Origin: Dicyema japonicum | Taxonomy: Eukaryota; Animalia; Dicyemida | Direction of reading: 5' to 3' | NCBI GenBank assembly: GCA_011109175.1 | Contig: RDEW01000066.1 | Location: 65,087 to 109,076, forward strand | Length of the DNA: 43,990 bases | Part shown: one piece after another, positions 11,450 through 23,730 of the stretch | Layout: every line of letters begins with the position of its first letter | Position numbering within the stretch: the stretch's first letter is position 1 | Made by a program: the position numbers and the translations under genes | Notes under the pieces: model-generated | What the model was told of the DNA's origin: nothing | Seen by the model: the letters and a program-made list of their open reading frames with translations, nothing else | Databases searched by the model: none

Positions 11450-13330
11450 ATAGAAGAGTGAATGGGACTAACATAGCTAGTGAATATGGGTTTGGTAATG
11501 ATGAATGTCTAAAGTTTTTGAATGATATTTGGGATCTGAAACCATTTCCAGATACTGAAATTAGCATCACTAAACGGATTATTGGAGCTGAGATGTAGTC
11601 AGCATTATTTGATGAGGTATATATTTTGGAAATAGTTAAACAATTGCCTAATTGAAGAGCTTGTGGGTGTGATGGAGTTTATATTTTTGCATAACAAATT
11701 TTATGCATTGCATGAGTATTTTCATAAGGTGAGATTGTCAATGTTATTAATGGAAAATGTATTCCAGGGGATTAGTTTTATACTGGGATAACGTATCTTT
11801 TATCAAAAAAGGAACTTTGTGAGCACCCAAAGATTTACGACCAATTACATGCATGCCGAACTTATATAAACTGACAACAAAATGTGTCAATAAGTAAAAT
11901 AATTGATTTGTCGACACATTCCAAATATCTCAGATAACCAACTGGGAACGAGAAAAATGAGTCATGGTGCTAAAGAACAAGCCTTAATAAATCAGTGTAT
12001 TAATCAAGAATTTGAAACTCTCTATATTCAGCATGGATAGACGTCAAAAAGCGTTTGACTCAGGAAGTCATGCATTCCTATTTAAGATTTTGGGTATGTA
12101 GGCTTCCTTTGTTGGATTATTAGTTGTATCCGTATTTTGGTTACAAAATGGCGAGTTAAACTGAATTTTAATAGACATGAAATCGGAACAGTAAAAATAT
12201 CAAAAGGAATTCTGCAAGGGGACTCCTTGTCTCCACAGCTATTTATTTTGGTGATAAACCCTTTGAGCAGGTTATTAACTGGAAAATATCCAACCGTGCA
12301 TTTTAGCCAGTCTAGTCCATCGATGATTACCTATGCCACTAACCATCTGCTTTTTATGGATGATTCTTATAGATTCTTTATGACACAAAACTTCATTTAA
12401 AGCCTGCAAATAAAGAGAGGCTCTATTTACCAAGAGAAAAACCTGGAAAGGGCTCACTTTAATCGTGTTCAGAAGTGAATGCCTGTTGTTCCAATTCCTC
12501 CATGATTTGGAAAGAAAGTCTAATGTGTGTCTGAGGAAAGTTGGAATTCTGCGGGCTGTCAATTTAAAAAGAACACATATGGCCACGATCGCGGGATTCT
12601 TAACCCAGAAGTATAATTTGGATGATAATTCCTCTTAAATGGATGTACGGAAACTTAAACAAGTTCAAATTGAATGGTTATGATGAAAATTAACAGTAAA
12701 TCTCTTCATTCTATGCTATTCAAATATTTAAAAGACCCGAATGTAGACATTGCATCATCTTCGGGATGATTTGCAAAAGGGAATAATAGTCCAAGAGCCG
12801 AAGCCTTGTATCGTCTCTTAAAAGACCGAAATTTGTTCTTTGAGAAAAAGGATTGAATTGCAATCATTATAATCTGCCAAAAAACAGTCGATCATTTGGC
12901 AACAAGATGCAATAGGATGCTAAATAGTAATTACATATAACGTCACAATGAGGTTAAACCTGTGTCTTAAATATGGAATCACATATTCAAAGAAACTGAA
13001 GACACACTCAGTCCAATCAATAGTAACAACTGAGAATGTTGAGATCCGAGTCGATACGACGCTAATGAGATGTCAAAGTACAGCATAACAAGCTGGACAT
13101 ATTTGTTTTTGATGAAAAGGACAAGTGAGATTACTTTAGTAGAGCTGGAATCACTCCAGGAGATGCTGAAAGGTGGTTGAGGTAGAAAAACTTCATAAAA
13201 CGACCTCCTCGCTGGACAGTTGTCTCAAATACAACGAAAGTTAAAAGTTATTATTCCTATTGTTTTGACTGGGAGGGAATTGTAAGTAAGTTTTACAAGT
13301 CATATATGGATGTTTTGGGTGTTTGATATG
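11450..13330 (+). mobile_element. Degenerate R4/Dong-like non-LTR retrotransposon (RT, CCHC, RLE)
   Basis: GAKEQALIN, AWIDVKKAFDS, GILQGDSLSPQLF, HLLFMDD, TVDHLATRC..ML...RHNEV, HNKLDI (PD-type), VIIPIV..WEGIVSK. Many stops. Confidence 0.85.
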
Positions 13331-13519
13331 ATTCCGAGGTTTCAGGGATCGGGATGCGCTTCTTGTGCGGAACTGGCCCTACCCTGTTATCTCGCCTCCA
13401 TGTCGGCTTCGAGGAATTCTGTTTGCTCAGTTCGACTTCTCTCTCTCGAACCTAACGAGCTCTTGGAATAATCCTCTGCCTGCCGTATTTGGTGCTCACT
13501 TGGACTTGATTTCGTTAAA

Positions 13520-13975
13520 TTCAGGACGTCGAATCAGGTCGGGTTACATAAAGGAAAGACTATTCGGGGAACCGATTGTACCGTTGAGTTCAGGACGTCG
13601 AATAAGGTCAGGTTAAAACAAGAACGAGCTCGTTTGATGCTTCTAGCATACTAAAAATGAGACCGACTCCAAAAGAAAGACTACTCGGGGTATCGACGGT
13701 ACTGTTGAGTTCAGGACATCGAAAAAAGTCGGTTTAAAAAAAGAACGACCTCAATTGATGTTTCTAACATAATGATCTCCTCCAAAGTAGGGATCGACCT
13801 TAAAGGAAGGACTACTCGGGTACCGACGGTACCGTTGAGTTCAGGACGTCGATAGAAGTTTGTTTAAAAAAAGAACGTGCTCAATTAGTTCTTCTAACAT
13901 ATTGATCTCCTTCAAAGTAGCGATCGACCCCAAAGAAAAGACTACTGTGTGTACTGATGGCGCCGTTGAGTTCAG
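13520..13975. repeat. Divergent tandem array, unit about 121-131 bp (about four copies plus a 69-bp partial)
   Basis: The core TTCAG(GAC) recurs at 13520, 13589, 13710, 13840 and 13971, and the sequence between cores is also homologous. Confidence 0.9.
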
Positions 13976-14878
13976 AGGTCGGCTATTCGGCGAGTCTTAA
14001 AAACATGCGAATAGCCCAACACTAACCTTAACTCAGCTCGTCCTATAGAATAGCCAGCTCGTGCACGCTTTTCATTTACACCGCTTCTCTTAATGGTAAG
14101 GGGAAGGCAAAATAGAGTTCCCGGCCCACGATTCTGGCAGAAGGAGGCGGATCGGAAGCAAAGAGGAGGAAGCTGGAATCAATATTATCTGGATAAGATA
14201 TTTTTCCACTTTAATTAATTTACTAATTATTTTGTTCTGTAGTCAGAATTAAAAAAATAATAATAATAAAATAAATTAGTTTGTAGTAAATAATAGATCA
14301 ATGGCAACCCTGAAAAATATAGTGTTTCCGCATGGTAACACATGGTTAGTCTTTTCTGTGGTTATATTTTTCTCTATTTATTTATTCTACCTCCAATTTT
14401 CAAAGGAATAATACTTTCAGGAAGTTTTGTTTGTATATTTTGACTGATATTTCCTGGATTTTAAATTTATTTTTTATTTATTCCTTTGGAATTCTCCTAA
14501 ATTATCATTAATTTCCAAAATTTTTATTGGAAATAAATCCGGCCTGAAAACATCCAGCTTTTGTGAAAAGTTAATTACCATGGAATCGATCTATTTTAAT
14601 TATTCCTCATGTAATTTAATCAAATTACTATTCATGAAAAATTCTGAATAAAATACATTCTCTTACTGTTCGATATCCCCGGTTCTTGCGATTCAAATTT
14701 GTTCAAGATTCGTGAATGAATCGGACTCTTCGATTTTTTCTATGATTTCTGAAATTGTCGGTAAAGGCAAACGTGATTTAGTGCATGACTTAATATATAT
14801 TCATATTTACTTGATATATTTTTTTACAAACTTCACAACTTCCATTGACGCATCTGCGTTTCAGGCACGTCCAAAATA

Positions 14879-15362
14879 CAGTTTTCCCTCTATTGCTCGC
14901 CATTTTGGGATCAAGCCAAAATTTCTGAAACACGTCTTAAACTCAGAGAAGAGTTATTTATTTAAACCAAGAGCACCGTCAGGCCAGAAAACAAAATTAG
15001 TTAGGTGATCCCGACATTTCCAATCAGTTTACGCATCTTCTCTTCGTGTTCGGCCGGGGATCCGACGCATCAGAGAAGAGTTATGAATAACATAATTTAT
15101 AATTTCTTTTTTTGATCATAAGATAATCTATACCATTTCTCATACTAAATGGGAAATGGTATAGAACACTTCCTCATGTTACACAAAAAGATACGCGGTA
15201 TAAATATTTGAAAAATTATTTTTTAAATAATAAATTTTAATTTTTTTAAAACTAAAACGTGGCGAGTAAGAGAATTTGGCGAGCAATGGAATTTTTAGTA
15301 AAAATGGCATTTTTTCAAAAAAGTGGCGAGTTATAGAAATGGCGAGCAATAGAGGGTAACAG
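14879..15362. mobile_element. pogo-type MITE (about 480 bp)
   Basis: Perfect 20-bp inverted repeat CCCTCTATTGCTCGCCATTT (14886-14905 and 15337-15356). Left end TA-CAGT, multiple TGGCGAG subterminal repeats, no transposase. Confidence 0.75.
14943..15084 (-). mobile_element. 112-bp 5'-truncated retroposed insert with a 15-bp TSD, inside the MITE
   Basis: TCAGAGAAGAGTTAT at 14943-14957 and 15070-15084. The minus strand ends in ttggtttaaataaa, resembling the LINE 3' end at 23008-23090. Confidence 0.7.
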
Positions 15363-15724
15363 TTTTGTAATTTATAATTTTATTATTGCAATTATATTTA
15401 ATAATAAATTGTTGGTGTGCACACTTATCCAAATGCGAATAGCAAAATACAGATAAATTGTCAAAATCCTTTTCCCTTATAATTAGCCAATAATGGGGAA
15501 CAAGTCCGAAATGATGAGGTCCTCTAAGAACCTTCTTCACAAATATTAGGACGTCACGTTGTTAACGATACCACCTTTACAAAATTAAGGTCTAAACCTC
15601 CAAAATAAATAGAGTTTACAATTAATAGCACATGCTAAAGCAGATAGCCAGTTCAATTTACGCCAACTTTTGGCCGACAAATCCTTCTCCTTCTAACCAC
15701 ATGTCTCACTGAGGCAATTAACCT

Positions 15725-18700
15725 ACATCAGAAAGCACGTAGAATCGTCATGTGGTTCACCTTCTCGTGGAGACGATTGGATGCTGATTCTCCATCAGCA
15801 ACAAACAGAACCAACTTTTCCCCCTTGCCAACGAACCTGTCAACGGTTTGGTTGGTAGTGGCTACGAGACGAGCGTCAAGCTTACGTTCCCTGATTCTAT
15901 TGTTGATTCGGTGTGGAGATGTGGAACAAAACCCTGGACCTGAGCCTATTAGAACACTAGCCATCCTTCAATTGAACATCAACGGGATTTCTAAGAAATG
16001 CAATGACCTACGCTATTTTCTACACACGAACTCCATTGAAATAGCTCTTATTCAAGAGACCAAACTTACTCCAAAATCCAAAACCCCGTTTCAAGGGATA
16101 TTCCACCATTCGTCATGACCGTCTCTCTGGAAAGCCTGGCGGTAGTCTTATTACTCTCATTCACGAGGCCATTCCTTTTGCAGATTCAACTGCCAACATT
16201 AAATCTCTCTTGACTAATGATCGATTTAGCGAAATTTCATCTATTCAAAATAACATTAACAAGATATGTTATTCTGTTGTTAACACATATATCCCCCCAA
16301 TTTCGTCATGTGATCCAATAATACACCGAACTTACTGCCTCTTTTTTCAATTGAAAACTGTATTCTATGTGGCGACTTCAACGCCCATCATCCTCTCTGG
16401 TTATCCACAAACAAAACTGACAAACATGGCCAACAAATCATAATGGATGCGGAAGAATTGGTCACTCTAAACAATCCTCTTCTACACACTCGCTGTGCAA
16501 TGCGACCTGGAGATTCAAACACTTCTCCTGAAATTACCTTATGTTCCCCAAATATCGCTCTCGACGCCAAATGGACAGTCCTGTACGACCTACCAACGGA
16601 CCACAATTCCTATTCTAATAAAATAAACCATCACCCTGTAAAGAAGAGAATTATGAAGACCTACATTCTACAAACGTGGGAAATGGGACTCGTTCAGGAA
16701 TGACACTGAACGTATATTCAGTAATTTTTCTTGCTCCTCCTTTCGATCATTTGACGCTGCTGTTGCTTTTTTACTAATACACTTCTTTCTCGGACAAAAA
16801 ATTTATTCCCCGCGGCTTCATCTGAAATCACGGCTTCCATTTTCCTCCCCAGATTATTGAACTATTCAAAAAACGAAGGAGGATCAAATCGACGACATCT
16901 ACAGATGGTAATGGAGAATATTTAGCAGAAATCAACAAACAAATTGACGAATTAATCAAGAAACATAAAACTGTCGAATGGAATGATTTTATCACTTCAA
17001 TAACGCCACATACTGGGTCCCGTGTTTTCTGGAGAACCCTCAAAAATTCACACGAGACAAACATGTCCCCTCTCACATGCCACTGGTATCTCGACCAAAA
17101 AATCTGTCCTATCTTTCCGGGATCAAGCCAATTCGTCATCCTAATCCGTCATTATGCAAAAATCAGTCACCTTCCTACCCCAAAGGATCTCCGTTTCGTA
17201 AGAAAATCTCATTATAATTCCAATGACAATTCTACACTATATTAACATCCCAGAATCACTTACCAGGCAGCTTGTTGTTAACTCGCGGAATTCTAACGCC
17301 AGAGGTCCAGATGGTCTTGCCATCCACCACCTAAAAAATCTGGGTCCTAATGGCTTTCTGGCTCTGACCAATTTAATCGAATACTCGATCAACTATGGTT
17401 TGGTTCCTATGCTTTGGAAGAAATCTACCATCATTCCTATTCCAAAGCCAAATCGAGATACCTCTGACCCCTCTTCTTTTCGACCTATCTCTTTGATTTC
17501 AGTGGTTTCAAAAATAACAGAACGAGTTGTATTGAGCATCATAAAACCTTTCCTCCCATTCGCTGAATCTCAACATGGCTTTCGTTCTTTGCATTCCACT
17601 TCCACCCATCTTTCAAAACTGACACAATTCATTGCGGATGGGTTTAACAATCATAAACCTCCTCAAAGAACAGTTATTGCATCCATCGACATTGAAAAGG
17701 CATTTGACAGAACGTCAAGACATGTTCTGTGTAGGAAAATAATCGATACGGAATTTCCTCATCAAATAAAGTCATGGCTACTCTCTTTTCTCTCTGGGCG
17801 TCTTGGTCGCACGACAATCATGTCTTCTTACTCACGTTACAAATACTTGCCTAACGGGGTTCCCCAAGGCTCGGTCCTTCACCTGCCTTATTTAACTTAC
17901 ATCTGTCCAGTATCCCGACAAACAATAATACTCTACTTCTCTCCTACGCTGATGACTTAATTTTTGCCTCTCGTCACCAAAACATAATCACTGCTTCTGG
18001 ATTTCTGCAGGAACACTTGAACACTCTATCGTCCTGGCTGAAATGCAATCTTCTTCAACCTTCTCCATCCAAATCATCTGTTACGCTATTCACAACTGAC
18101 CGTCGTCAGTTCAACTTAGAGCCTAAACTATTCCTAGACAACATTCCACTCCCAGTTGAAAAATCCCCCAAAATCTTGGGTCTGATATTTGATTGCTGTC
18201 TATCTTTCTCGAAACATGTTTCATATATCTGTGAAAAATCCCAGAAAAAACTCAATGTGCTTCGAGCCATTGCGGGGACTTCATTTGGACAGGATAAGGA
18301 GAGTCTAACAACTGTATACAAGCAGTTTATTAGAACAACTATGAACTACGCCATCCTGCTTGGGGTTCCTGCTTATCTATTACAAACCTTGAAAAACTTC
18401 AGAGAACTCAAAACTCAGCATTACGAATTATTACGGGCTGTCTAAAAACGACACCTACTGACCACCTACATTGGGAATCGAAAATCCTTCCAATCAGTGA
18501 CCATTTTGAAATGCTCGGGCTGCAATTTCTTGACAAATGCCGAACCCCAAATCACCCTGCCTACTTTCTTTGGCACTCCTCTAATAACAGGAGAATAATT
18601 CCGACCCTCGCGGACAAAATCCGCATGCTTATACCATTTCCTCCGGACATAAACCAGAAGAGAATTCACGACTTGGTAGCTACGAGGGCAATCAGATGTC

Positions 18701-19034
18701 TTGGAATAAACAAGCTTCTGGGACGCCTTCCGCCGCCAATTAACAACATCGAATCCTCCCTCTCGAGAGAAGCCCGAGTGAACTTGGCTCGTCTCCGCTG
18801 TGGCCATCATATTGGCCTACACAATTATCGTCAAAAAATCGGTCTTGCTGAATCCATCCCTTCCTATTCCCTCAGTGACCTTTTCTCCTGTCCAGGCCCG
18901 CCTTCTGCTTCCTCGGAACACCGGATCACGATCGGGGATCTCTGGAGCGTCCGACATTGGCATTAACGTTCTTGTTAGCCACCGGTTTTCTTCAATTGAA
19001 GGGGCCGGGGGTGAATAAATAAATAAAATAAATT
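15725..19034 (+). mobile_element. Near full-length, frameshifted APE-type LINE family B (Ingi/Vingi-like, I group), no RNase H
   Basis: 2A-like motif, then EN (LQLNING, IQETK, GDFNAH, TDH), RT (GPDG, FRPISL, QHGFR, DIEKAFD, GVPQGSVL, YADD near 17946) and C-terminal LARLRCGHH. (TAAA)n tail at about 19015-19034. Confidence 0.88.
15918..15941 (+). other. 2A-like ribosomal StopGo motif DVEQNPG/P
   Basis: LLLIRCGDVEQNPGP matches D(V/I)ExNPGP exactly and is in frame with the endonuclease. Confidence 0.9.
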
Positions 19035-20223
19035 GATAGGTATAAATTTCTGGTGAAGAGTACGCCTCTGCTACCCACCAACTTGTCGAACTGGCATGCG
19101 TTGGGTACATCAATTGAGCCTACGAGACATATGACAACTTTTCCTGGCGAAGAGAGAGAGAGCGAGGAGAATGAGACTCCCTCTAAAAGGAGGAGAGAGA
19201 TCTCCAACAACAGAGAGTGAAAATCTTAATTAAATAGCGTAATCTATATTTTTTGAGTTAATTTAATATGCATTTAAATGATATTGATAGAATAGTAATT
19301 TGACTTTTAAATGATTATTTTTTGACTGTAAATTAACAAAATTAAATTTTTCATTTCAATATTGTATTAAATTGCCTGTAATCGAAAGACGAAAATAAAT
19401 TTGTATTAATTGTATCCCTGGGTTTACACATAAAATATAAACTAACCAGCTTATATGAATTAATTTGTATTAATCCAGATAACTCGATTAGAATTAAGCT
19501 GATAAGTTCGAATTTCAAAAGTCCTCGCTGGAGAGAAATCCCAACAGAAGCATAAATTTGATTGAAATTGGTTAAGTTAAGTTAAGCCATATTCAGCCGA
19601 TTTCTGCCATTGGCGATTTTATTGATCAAATTCATCCACGAATCGTCCTTAACTCTCGAATCCCTGTGAACTTGGTAGAATTATTATCTAAAAACACCAT
19701 CCGGATACCATCGGTGAAGGCATTATCTTTGAATTGAGTAAAGTGAGATGACGACGGAAAAGGAGCTTTCGGACAAAAAGTCTAACAATTAGAGAAGCTT
19801 AATTAAAAAGAAGGCAAGAGCACACTCAGCATCTGAATAAAATCTACCTAAGTTTCAACGGTGATAGGAAAAGCAGAAATAGAAGAAAAAGAATATGGTT
19901 TATTAAATACAATAGTCCAAAAAGAAAGAAAGCGGAAATAAATGAATCTTAAAAAGAGTCGAATTATTGAAAACAGTTAAATTTAGAAGAATGAACCGAA
20001 ATCACAATTTAAATCTATATTAAGATAATTGAAGGTGATACTAATTTCCCCATGTGATAAAATAAGATTACTTCAATCAAATATTATTTCAAAAGAAAAA
20101 TTATTTTAATAATTTTTGAAGCATTCTTATCATAAGTCCAGAAATAAATAAAATTCCCAACAAAATCGGCGCGAAAAAATACATAGAGCTCCACAAAGCA
20201 ACATATGTTGATATTCACGTAAA

Positions 20224-21638
20224 CTAAAAAGCAGCTGACATGAAACTAAATTGGCAAATCCGATTAATCCAAAGTAAACTAAATACAAAATACGACACAG
20301 CCAACCAATAGATCACCCAATTTAACGAATTAGGCACGATTTCAGAACGAGAGGGACAGTAAAAATCTCCACCAAAACACAGAGGGAAGAATAAAGCATC
20401 GACAAATAATAACCAGAATGAACTCCATGCCAAAAAGAGCTGACAAGTGCAGTCAAAAAAACGACGTTGACTGCAGTAGAACATTAAAAAATACAATTTA
20501 ACACGAGAATACACAACATACACCAGCCACCACTGAACTGTCCTATTCCAAACGACCAATCCTTCCTTCACTGTGGAGACTGTCTCACATCTCCACATAT
20601 CCAGGCTCTCTATAGTCTCAAAATTGATGGGTCCCTCCGTCTCATCAAACTTAGTGGGACCGTGCCATTTCTGGGGCACTGCTCGTCGATAAGCTCCAGG
20701 AGGCCACACATTACACATGCCAGTTCAGCAATAGTCCATCCTGCGTAAAATCGTAGTCGAAAACGTGAAAACTAGGTTTATGTACACAAATTTGTAAGCA
20801 AAGAAGATTCTATAAAATTTTGACTAACCATAAACTAAATTTACAATTTTAACGTGTACTTGGTGAGGGAATATGTAGTTTAGAATTATATAAAGAGGTA
20901 TAATGGTGCAGACTGTCTTCACTCTGGGGTAAAAATTTGTTTTTAAAGATATTTGAGAGTAGTCAGCTCGGTGGACCATATGACAGAAGCACCGGTAGGT
21001 ATAAAACGGTCCTTTAATACATATAGTGATAAAACATACCACTGAATAACCCAATTAGTGAGTATGTGTAGCTCAAAAGTTTCCAAAGTCCAATGGAACA
21101 AAATTCTGGTTAAATCTGTGTGGTTCTAGCACATCCAAACAGTCGATTTTATAATCAGACTTTCTCTGCATTCGCCAATACTGAGATTGCGATTTTTTAC
21201 TGACAAGTTAGCCAAATCAGAAATTTCGAAGACAAAAGAGACGACTGGAAAGTTAAGAGCATTCCCTACACGAAGAGTAGTCAGCAGGAGGGCCACATTC
21301 CCAAACTCCGAGTACTCGCACAGTCCCAGGACAATAGCAAATCTAAGCACACCCACAACAGAGAACGACCACAGAAAACTTGTTAATGGTATATTTCTGA
21401 TAATATATGAGTAATATTACTTTTGTTTAGCTTTCTTTAGAATGAGATAATTGCCAATAAACATAATGCTTATTACAGTGAAATAGGTTTGAGATTGACC
21501 CTAGTAGTCCAAGTCCTCCTATATTCCATAAATGCGAATCTTGAGTTCCAGTGGGGACAAATCGTCCATATAACCGCATAATATGCAGATGCCGAGGAGA
21601 GCAAATAAGTTGCTTCATTTATGCTTATCAACAGACAT
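20224..21638 (-). pseudogene. MBOAT7: MBOAT7/LPIAT1-like lysophospholipid acyltransferase, unprocessed pseudogene with tiny introns
   Basis: Reassembled segments: LLLTTLR/VVSFVFEI, LLSYTYSLIGLFSG/PFYTYR, RLRFYAGWTIAELAC, GAY..GPT, FETIESLD, WNRTVQWWL, SSFWHGVHSGYYLS (catalytic His at about 20427). Introns at 21397-21420, 21245-21269, 21012-21039 and 20835-20859. Several frameshifts. Confidence 0.9.
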
Positions 21639-22354
21639 TTACGAAGACCTAATCGTTATCCTTTTATTCATTCCACAAATATTTTTATAATGAAAATTAC
21701 AAAAATATAAATTATTTAAAATTAATTAATTTATAATACATCCTCAAAATGGATATGGATGCGGCAATTGAGGACCACTTTGTCTTGGACGCACCACGCT
21801 TCAAAGGATGATAAAGGATGAAATTGCCGGTTTTCCTTAATGAGGAACATTAAATCATTGGGAAGCACTTAAAGATGGAGAGGGGATTTCGAAGTTACGC
21901 AACGCGACTCGGAATTGAACAAATGAAGCAAGATGTCGAGAGTACTGAACTATTGTGTTGCGCACGCTTTGAAATGACCGATGGCATCGCGTAGTGCTAA
22001 TAATAATTTTTAGCTTCTGATTAATATATCATACCGGTTATGCTTTCGCCTTAAGGATTCGGTTTTTTGATATGTTAGGAAATGTATTCATCGAGATTTA
22101 CTGATAATTTATTTGTTTGAAAAGTCGTAGAAGTAATCTAAAAATAGTTACATTTAAAGAAGCCTGGTTGGCTTATTGTCTAGTAGTGTATATGATGTTT
22201 GCCATCTTTCGCCATATTGAATATATCTGATGATTTAAATATCTGATACACTTTTTGCTTCCATTTTTATCATCTAAAAAATTGAAAGAATACAAATTGC
22301 TTATGATTGGTTAATAATAAGTTATTATTAATAACTTAACAAATCTGCCTCTTC

Positions 22355-22740
22355 TGAAGTGACGGTAAGCGTCCCGACGGGGCGACTACCTCTCCTTTTA
22401 GGGAACGGAAGTCCCTGTTTGGGATGCCACCTGCGTCGATTTTTTTTCTGCGACGATGCTACTAAGACTGTCAGCAAACCGGGCTCCGTCAATGCTCAGG
22501 CTGAAGAGGCTGACAAAATACCTCTGTATTTTGGACACTTTTGAATTTGCCCCATTCGCTTTCGAACCTCTGGAATCATCGTGGGGGCTGCGGACTTAAT
22601 TCCTCACCGACATTGGTAGGAAAATCTCCTCCAAAACAAACGACCGGAGGGAGACGAGCTGGCTTTTCCAGTGAATCTCGGTCGCTGTGCCATCGCGGAA
22701 ACTGGTATTCAATACGCCTCGCGGCGTCGTTAAGCTGATC
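22355..22740 (+). mobile_element. CRE-like RLE retrotransposon 3' fragment
   Basis: DGKRPDG...WDATCVD...AEE..K.KY...FAPFAF...FLTDIGRKI...WLFQ.ISVAVHRGN, with frameshifts. Confidence 0.85.
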
Positions 22741-22859
22741 CTTAGGTTTTCGACTATCCTCTTAGCTACTCAATTCTATACCAGTGCCTGAAAAGCACTG
22801 ATTGTAAATGTCGTCGAATCGGCAGGGTGGCTAATAAACGGAAAGAACTCCCCACCAGC

Positions 22860-23730
22860 TGATGTAATGCTGTGCTTACTGCACGATCGCAATTTGTTTT
22901 TTGGGTATGGTGAAAATAAATGCAATCACTGTAATTCGGCAAAAAAGACAATTGACCACTTCACCATGAGATGTGAGAGGATGTCAACAGCTTATACCTC
23001 GGAAACATAATTTTTTTTATTTTTTTATTTTATTTTTATTCACCAAGACCACAGTAAAACCGAACTAATTAATGTTTGATCCCGAGGCACATCGCACGAC
23101 GGAGATCCTCGGGACAGGTTCGATCCTGTGCAAAGTGCATCGTTCTGAAACGACGATGTCCCAGAGGGAGAGATTCTAATGGTCTCTTTTCGGTGGGAAT
23201 TAGGTGCCCCCTGAGCGTTTCCAATCAAATTGGAATTTCAAAGTGATTTGGTGGACCACATAACGCCACACTAAGCTCCGATAGGAAGGAGTCGTGATGT
23301 GTTGCATCTGCTCTTATGCAGAAAATTTGGAATCAGGAAAACCTAAAGACTCAAAGCCCATTCAGTTCAATCTGTTGTGTCTAATGAGTTCGCCGAAATA
23401 AGAGTAGATACAACGATAAAACCGACACTGTTGTGGATAACAACAAACCCGATATCTTTGTCTATGACACGACCACAAACACGATTACCCTTGTCGAGGT
23501 AACTTCCCAGAATCGCTTGAAACAGGTCGAAGTGGAGAAAATGAACAAGTGAACTGGAATTACTCACAAGGAAAAAGCTAAGATAATCCTTTTTGTGCTT
23601 ACCTGGACGGTATTGTTCTACGTACTACAAAAGCCATTTCGACTCCTTTGGAATACAAAGAGCAAGAAGGAATATATCGGTCTGCCGTGCTCCGGAAGAC
23701 CCTGGAGAGCATGGAAATTGATAATAACAC
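22860..23730 (+). mobile_element. R4/Dong-like 3' fragment interrupted by a LINE tail
   Basis: HDRNLFF..KCNHC..KKTIDH..RCERM before the insert, then HLLLCRKFG, NKPDIFVYD..ITLVEV and VLRKTLES after it. Confidence 0.8.
23008..23280 (-). mobile_element. 5'-truncated LINE 3' end with A-rich tail
   Basis: T-rich run at 23008-23040 (A-rich tail on the minus strand) followed by about 240 bp of GC-richer sequence. It splits the R4-like RHNE motif. Confidence 0.6.

Noticed and set aside
13520-13975. CRISPR-like repeat/spacer array
   Set aside because: The intervening sequences are homologous rather than unique spacers, there are no cas genes, and the context is eukaryotic.
14020-14035. Telomere-like TAACC motifs
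   Set aside because: Only two imperfect units.
19040-19220. Short GA-rich segment after the family B tail
   Set aside because: No assignable product or structure.
19590-19770. PIF1/Helitron helicase-like fragment (QVHRD...NLINKIANG, minus strand)
   Set aside because: Too short and interrupted, with no Walker A or Rep motifs nearby.
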